Translations under genes and position numbers: made by a program
In this document: positions 51,555-55,884 of the stretch, piece after piece
How positions within the stretch are numbered: position 1 is the stretch's first letter
Layout of the letters: each line of letters opens with the position of its first letter
Notes under the pieces: generated by a model
The model's input: only the letters and a program-made list of their open reading frames with translations
What the model was told of the DNA's origin: nothing
Database searches by the model: none
Origin: Eubacteriales bacterium
GTDB taxonomy: Bacteria; Bacillota; Clostridia; Oscillospirales; CAG-272
NCBI GenBank assembly: GCA_045537595.1
Contig: JAZSPS010000011.1
Location: forward strand, 1-55,884
DNA length: 55,884 nucleotides
Direction: 5' to 3'

Positions 51555-51603
51555 AATAAGGAAGATTTAGTAAAAATTAAAAAAGTATGGAAGGGAAAAT
51601 CAA

Positions 51604-52293
51604 ATGTATCATATCTTGGTCGTGGATGATGAATCCCGAATTCGTTCAATTATAAAAAAATACGCGGAGTTTGAGAATCATACGGTTACTGAGGCGGCAG
51701 ATGGTATGGAAGCAGTTCGCCTGTGCCGAACAAAGGAATTTGATATTATCATTATGGATATTATGATGCCGGAATTGGATGGCTTTTCCGCTTGCCGTGA
51801 GATACGAAAGCAATCTCAAACGCCCATCATAATGCTTTCCGCGCGGGGAGAAGAATACGATAAAATTAATGGATTTGAATTGGGAATTGATGATTATGTA
51901 GTAAAGCCGTTTTCTCCCAAGGAATTGATGCTTCGAATTGAGGCGGTGATGAAACGCGTGCGCCGTTCTCCCGCCGAATCACAAAAAAAGGAAAATATAA
52001 TCATCAGTCTGGACGAAGGCGGACTTCGTGCCGATGTTACCGCAAGGCTTGTCTTTATTGATGGGGAACGCGTGGAAATGTCACCAAAAGAATATGATCT
52101 GTTCTTTTATATGTTGGAAAATCGGAATGTGGCGCTGTCCCGTGAAAAGCTGATCAGTGATGTGTGGGGGTATGATTTTTTCGGGGATGTACGAACATTG
52201 GACACACATATCAAGCTGCTGAGAAAAAGCCTCGGACGGTACGCAGGCTTAATTGTAACGCTTCGAGGCGTTGGATATAGATTTGAAGGATGA
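51604..52293 (+). CDS. OmpR/PhoB-family response regulator
   Basis: ILVVDDE, MDIMMP, DDYVVKPF, RTLDTHIK.LR, TLRGVGY. Confidence 0.95.
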   Translation: MYHILVVDDESRIRSIIKKYAEFENHTVTEAADGMEAVRLCRTKEFDIIIMDIMMPELDGFSACREIRKQSQTPIIMLSARGEEYDKINGFELGIDDYVVKPFSPKELMLRIEAVMKRVRRSPAESQKKENIIISLDEGGLRADVTARLVFIDGERVEMSPKEYDLFFYMLENRNVALSREKLISDVWGYDFFGDVRTLDTHIKLLRKSLGRYAGLIVTLRGVGYRFEG

Positions 52294-52345
52294 TAAATGC
52301 CGACACAATCAATAAATAAGCAATAAAAAAGGATAAAGCGGAGAA

Positions 52346-53938
52346 ATGGCAAAAATCAGAGAAGGGTATCGCTCTTTTTCAAACCGCAAGAACGCTAAAA
52401 ATCATATCGGTATTCAATGGAAGATGTATGTAATTTTGGTGGTCTTTATTGGAATTATCGTAGGGGTAATTTGGTTCTTCCAAGTCCAGATGCTAAATTA
52501 TTTTTATCAAGTAACAAAATTTAATGAATTGGAAATTTCAGCATCGGAAATTGCTTCAAAGTTAGACGATGAGGACGAACTGAAAGCTGTCGCGACACAG
52601 TATGCCACAGAATATTATACGGACATATGGATCTACCGAGTAAGCGATCAAGCGGATTTGATTTTTGATGTAAAAGGTACGGGAGCGCCGGGAATTCCTT
52701 TTATGGAAACAAAGTTTTCCAAATTATATGATAAAGCAATGTCAAATGGCGGTGTATATATAGTGATGGTTCCAAGAGATCAATTTCATGAGGATTTTGA
52801 ATTAAAAATTCTTCGCGATAATAGCGAGGACCCATCCGCCTATCCGATTTTGGCTCATTATGCCGGCAGTGTATCGGCAATATATGTGGGGATACGGACG
52901 GTAAACAATGATCAGTATATGATCGTGCAAAGCACGAATCTGACACCGATCCAGTCGATGGTTAAAACCTTGCAGAATCAGTCGCTGTGGATTGGATTTA
53001 TCCTCTCGGTCATGGCACTTATGATGGCATATATTATGTCTCGCTTGATTACAAAGCCGATTATTAAAATGAACGAGGCGGCAAAGCAATTGGCGGAGGG
53101 GCGGTACGACGTAAACTTTTACGGAAAAGGCTATCGGGAAATCAGTGAGCTGGCGGATACCTTAAATTATGCCTCGTGTGAGCTTGCGAAGATAGACCAC
53201 CTACAAAAGGAGCTTATATCTAATATTTCCCATGATTTGCGAACCCCTTTAACAATGATCAAAGGCTACAGTGAGGTCATGAGAGATATACCGGGAGAAA
53301 ATACGCCCGAAAATATCCAAATTATAATTGATGAAACCTCGCGGTTATCCGAGCTGGTTAACGATATGTTGGATATTTCCAGAATTCAATCGGGAACCAG
53401 AAAACCCGAAAGGCAGGTATTCAGCTTGACCGAAACGGTTCGGGATACTCTGCAACGGTATGAACGCCTCACAATGCAAGATGGATACCAAATCGATTTT
53501 ATTGCGGATCGGGATGCGGCTGTGCTGGCGGATCGAGGAATGATCTTGCAGGTGATCTATAATTTAATTAATAACGCTATCAACTATACGGGTGCCGATA
53601 AATACGTCTCGGTCAAACAGGAAATTGTAGAGGATCGAGTTCGTATTCAAATTACCGATACAGGAGAGGGAATCGCGGAAGATCAGCTTTCAATGATATG
53701 GAATCGCTACTATAAAGTAGACAAGGTCCATACAAGAGCCAGAGTGGGAACAGGACTTGGATTATCCATTGTTAAGGAAATTTTGGAAATGCACCATGCG
53801 GCGTACGGAGTTCAAAGCACCTTGGGAAAGGGCTCGGTTTTTTGGTTTGAACTAAAAATCGCCGAGGAAGCTTCAAATCCTATATTATATGGGGACTATA
53901 TAGAAGCAGACTATGAAAAACAGGATACAAAAAGATAA
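52346..53938 (+). CDS. Sensor histidine kinase with HAMP domain
   Basis: 2 TM, HAMP, SHDLRTPL, NLINNA, DTGEGI, GTGLGL. Confidence 0.95.
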   Translation: MAKIREGYRSFSNRKNAKNHIGIQWKMYVILVVFIGIIVGVIWFFQVQMLNYFYQVTKFNELEISASEIASKLDDEDELKAVATQYATEYYTDIWIYRVSDQADLIFDVKGTGAPGIPFMETKFSKLYDKAMSNGGVYIVMVPRDQFHEDFELKILRDNSEDPSAYPILAHYAGSVSAIYVGIRTVNNDQYMIVQSTNLTPIQSMVKTLQNQSLWIGFILSVMALMMAYIMSRLITKPIIKMNEAAKQLAEGRYDVNFYGKGYREISELADTLNYASCELAKIDHLQKELISNISHDLRTPLTMIKGYSEVMRDIPGENTPENIQIIIDETSRLSELVNDMLDISRIQSGTRKPERQVFSLTETVRDTLQRYERLTMQDGYQIDFIADRDAAVLADRGMILQVIYNLINNAINYTGADKYVSVKQEIVEDRVRIQITDTGEGIAEDQLSMIWNRYYKVDKVHTRARVGTGLGLSIVKEILEMHHAAYGVQSTLGKGSVFWFELKIAEEASNPILYGDYIEADYEKQDTKR

Positions 53939-53940
53939 TC

Positions 53941-54855
53941 ATGATAATTTTACCGGAAAATAAAATTTTAAAATATGTAAAATGCCCGATTTGCCAAAGT
54001 ACAGTGGATATATCATCTGTAAATGAGGCAGGATGCACGAGCCTATATTGCAGAGGTCCACGCCGTCATTGCTTTGATTTCTCAAAAGGGGGATATGTTA
54101 ATTTAATGCCGCCGGGATATGCGTCGGGCGGTGACTCCAAGCAAGCGGTTCGGGCAAGAACGGATTTTCTGAATTTGGATTTTTACCGTCCGGTGGCAGA
54201 CACTTTGGCAGAGCTGATGACACAATATGCGGATCCCAAGCAGGGATATTTGATAGACGCGGGCTGCGGAGAGGGCTATTATACTTCTGCTTTGGCAGAA
54301 AAAGGCTACTGTGTCGCAGGAGTTGATCTCTCACGCTTTGCTGTAAACGCGGCAGCCAAACGGATGCGGAAAACAGAAATAGACTCTTCATTTTTTAGTG
54401 TGTCCAGTGTTTTCGAGTTGCCATTTGTCAGCGAAAGCGCGTCGGCAATCGTCAATATCTTCGCGCCATGCGCAGAGGCTGAATTTATGCGTGTTCTTCA
54501 ACCTAACGGCATACTTGCGGTGGTATATGCGGGACCCGAACATTTGATGGGCATGAAGCGGGCAATGTATGAACAGATAAAGGAAAATGATGAGCGCGCT
54601 GATCTTCCCGAAAAAATGGAATTGCTAAAAAAACAAAGACTTCAATTTACCATTTCGGTGAAGGGAAGCGATAATCTGCAAAATCTCTTTGCGATGACAC
54701 CCTATTATTGGAGAACGTCCTTGGCGGATAAGGAAAAGCTTTATGCCTTGGAATCCTTGGAAACTACCGTGGATTTCATAATTTCGCTGTATAAAAAAGC
54801 CGAAGCTCCTGAGCCGCGCGGATCAGACAAGGAGGAACTATGCAAATATCTTTGA
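53941..54855 (+). CDS. RlmA-like 23S rRNA m1G methyltransferase
   Basis: CPIC...C...H Zn finger, GYVNL, DAGCGEGYY, MTPY. Confidence 0.8.
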   Translation: MIILPENKILKYVKCPICQSTVDISSVNEAGCTSLYCRGPRRHCFDFSKGGYVNLMPPGYASGGDSKQAVRARTDFLNLDFYRPVADTLAELMTQYADPKQGYLIDAGCGEGYYTSALAEKGYCVAGVDLSRFAVNAAAKRMRKTEIDSSFFSVSSVFELPFVSESASAIVNIFAPCAEAEFMRVLQPNGILAVVYAGPEHLMGMKRAMYEQIKENDERADLPEKMELLKKQRLQFTISVKGSDNLQNLFAMTPYYWRTSLADKEKLYALESLETTVDFIISLYKKAEAPEPRGSDKEELCKYL

Positions 54856-55574
54856 TCATTCCCATGTATAATGAGAGCACGATCATTGAAAAGACCGCGC
54901 AAGCTCTTTCGGAGTATATGAAAGGTCGGTTTGATTCCTATGAAATTTTGTTTTGCGATGACGGTTCTTCGGATGGTAGTGCCGAGCTGGTCAGAAAAAT
55001 GAATTTGCCTAATACCCGTGTGATAGGCTACGCCGAAAATAAAGGAAAGGGCAGTGCCGTACGGTACGCGATGCTTCAGGCACAGGGGGAGCTTCTTATG
55101 TTTACCGATGCGGATTTGGCATATGGCACGAATGTTATCGAAAAAGCCTATCGGCATTATCATGAGCTTCCCAAGGAAAAATCAGAGGATTATATGCTGA
55201 TAGGATCGAGAAATCTGGATAAAAACGGTTATGAAGGATATACATTGCTCCGCAAAATTATGTCCAGGATGTATATTCGTGTGCTTTGTCTTGTGGGAGG
55301 ATTTCGCCTTACAGATTCACAGTGCGGATGTAAAGCGTTTTCAAAAAAGACGGCAAAAGAAATTTTCAGTCGCTGTAAGGCAGATGGATTTTCTTTTGAT
55401 TTTGAAATGATCTTGTGGGCAGAAAAACTGAATATTCCAATTTATGAAATGCCGGTTACCATTATCCATCACCATGAGTCTAAGGTTCGATATGTAAGGG
55501 ATTCCTTCAAAATGCTAAGAGACCTAAAGCGCATCCGAAAAAATGTTAAGAAAACACCTGTAAATCCTTCGTAA
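54840..55574 (+). CDS. GT2 polyprenol-phosphate glycosyltransferase
   Basis: SLIIPMYNE, DDGSSD, NKGKG, FTDAD, IGSR, DSQCG, FSFDFE. Confidence 0.88.
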   Translation: MQISLIIPMYNESTIIEKTAQALSEYMKGRFDSYEILFCDDGSSDGSAELVRKMNLPNTRVIGYAENKGKGSAVRYAMLQAQGELLMFTDADLAYGTNVIEKAYRHYHELPKEKSEDYMLIGSRNLDKNGYEGYTLLRKIMSRMYIRVLCLVGGFRLTDSQCGCKAFSKKTAKEIFSRCKADGFSFDFEMILWAEKLNIPIYEMPVTIIHHHESKVRYVRDSFKMLRDLKRIRKNVKKTPVNPS

Positions 55575-55606
55575 AAATACGACGCTCAATTAAATTCAAA
55601 ATAAAA

Positions 55607-55884
55607 GTCAAGACCACCGGCCGTGCCGGTGGCTTGCACAAGCCCCCTTAGGGCATGTCACAGGCTGAGCCTATAGACTCGCCGAAAAGTCTGCCAACCG
55701 CACGACTTTCACAGGCATGCCCCTAAAGGGGCTTTAATTATTTGCCCTCTTTTACCGGCTGACCCGTGAACGGGTCGACAAACTCTTTTATACTCAATTG
55801 CTCTTCTTCGTAATCTTGTTGCAATTGATTTCTTATGTACTGCTCAATAACTTTTTTATTGCGCCCCACTGTATCAACGTAATA
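55607..55884 (-). mobile_element. IS200/IS605-family element, end distal to tnpA start (partial)
   Basis: tnpA C-terminus plus subterminal hairpin CCACCGGC/GCCGGTGG (55614-55632); boundary approximate. Confidence 0.8.
55738..55884 (-). CDS. tnpA: IS200/IS605 Y1 transposase, C-terminal 48 aa (runs off window)
   Basis: Manual translation YYVDTVGRNKKVIEQYIRNQLQQDYEEEQLSIKEFVDPFTGQPVKEGK*, with the catalytic YIxNQ motif. Confidence 0.9.
   Translation of the reverse strand, partial: YYVDTVGRNKKVIEQYIRNQLQQDYEEEQLSIKEFVDPFTGQPVKEGK

Noticed and set aside
1-55884. CRISPR arrays, prophage, defence islands, rRNA or tRNA genes
   Set aside because: No repeat-spacer periodicity, phage or defence genes, or structural RNA gene signatures seen

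Overview
About 56 kb of mostly core chromosome from a spore-forming Firmicute (gene content and promoter style suggest Clostridia; inference). In order: a cluster of REP-like hairpins; a cobalamin riboswitch ahead of a DUF4430-type lipoprotein and an ECF S-component; a ZMP/ZTP riboswitch ahead of a pur operon (purE, purM, purN, stand-alone IMP cyclohydrolase, AICAR-transformylase-only purH, purD, purL); ruvB-ruvA-yfhO-like-DUF951 divergent from ruvC-methyltransferase-ecfA1-ecfA2-ecfT-truA; a propeller-like membrane protein, a pgsA-like gene, a Zn-finger Clp ATPase, a P-type ATPase-like gene and ylmC/ymxH; rpsB-tsf-nfnAB; PHP and DUF1846; a Cys-rich spore-surface-like protein; an amino-acid ABC transporter; a phosphohexomutase; a DUF11 protein; addAB; htrA, a two-component system, rlmA-like and GT2 genes; and the 3' end of an IS200/IS605 tnpA element. 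No rRNA, tRNA, CRISPR array or prophage is evident. The best candidate for something undescribed is an intact 924-aa P-type ATPase homologue that has lost every catalytic motif, encoded directly after the Clp ATPase stop codon. Also notable are a ZTP riboswitch controlling nearly the whole pur pathway next to a B12 riboswitch unit, and a structured IS end resembling the 5' part of IscB omega-RNAs. All family assignments are by eye from motifs; no searches were run.
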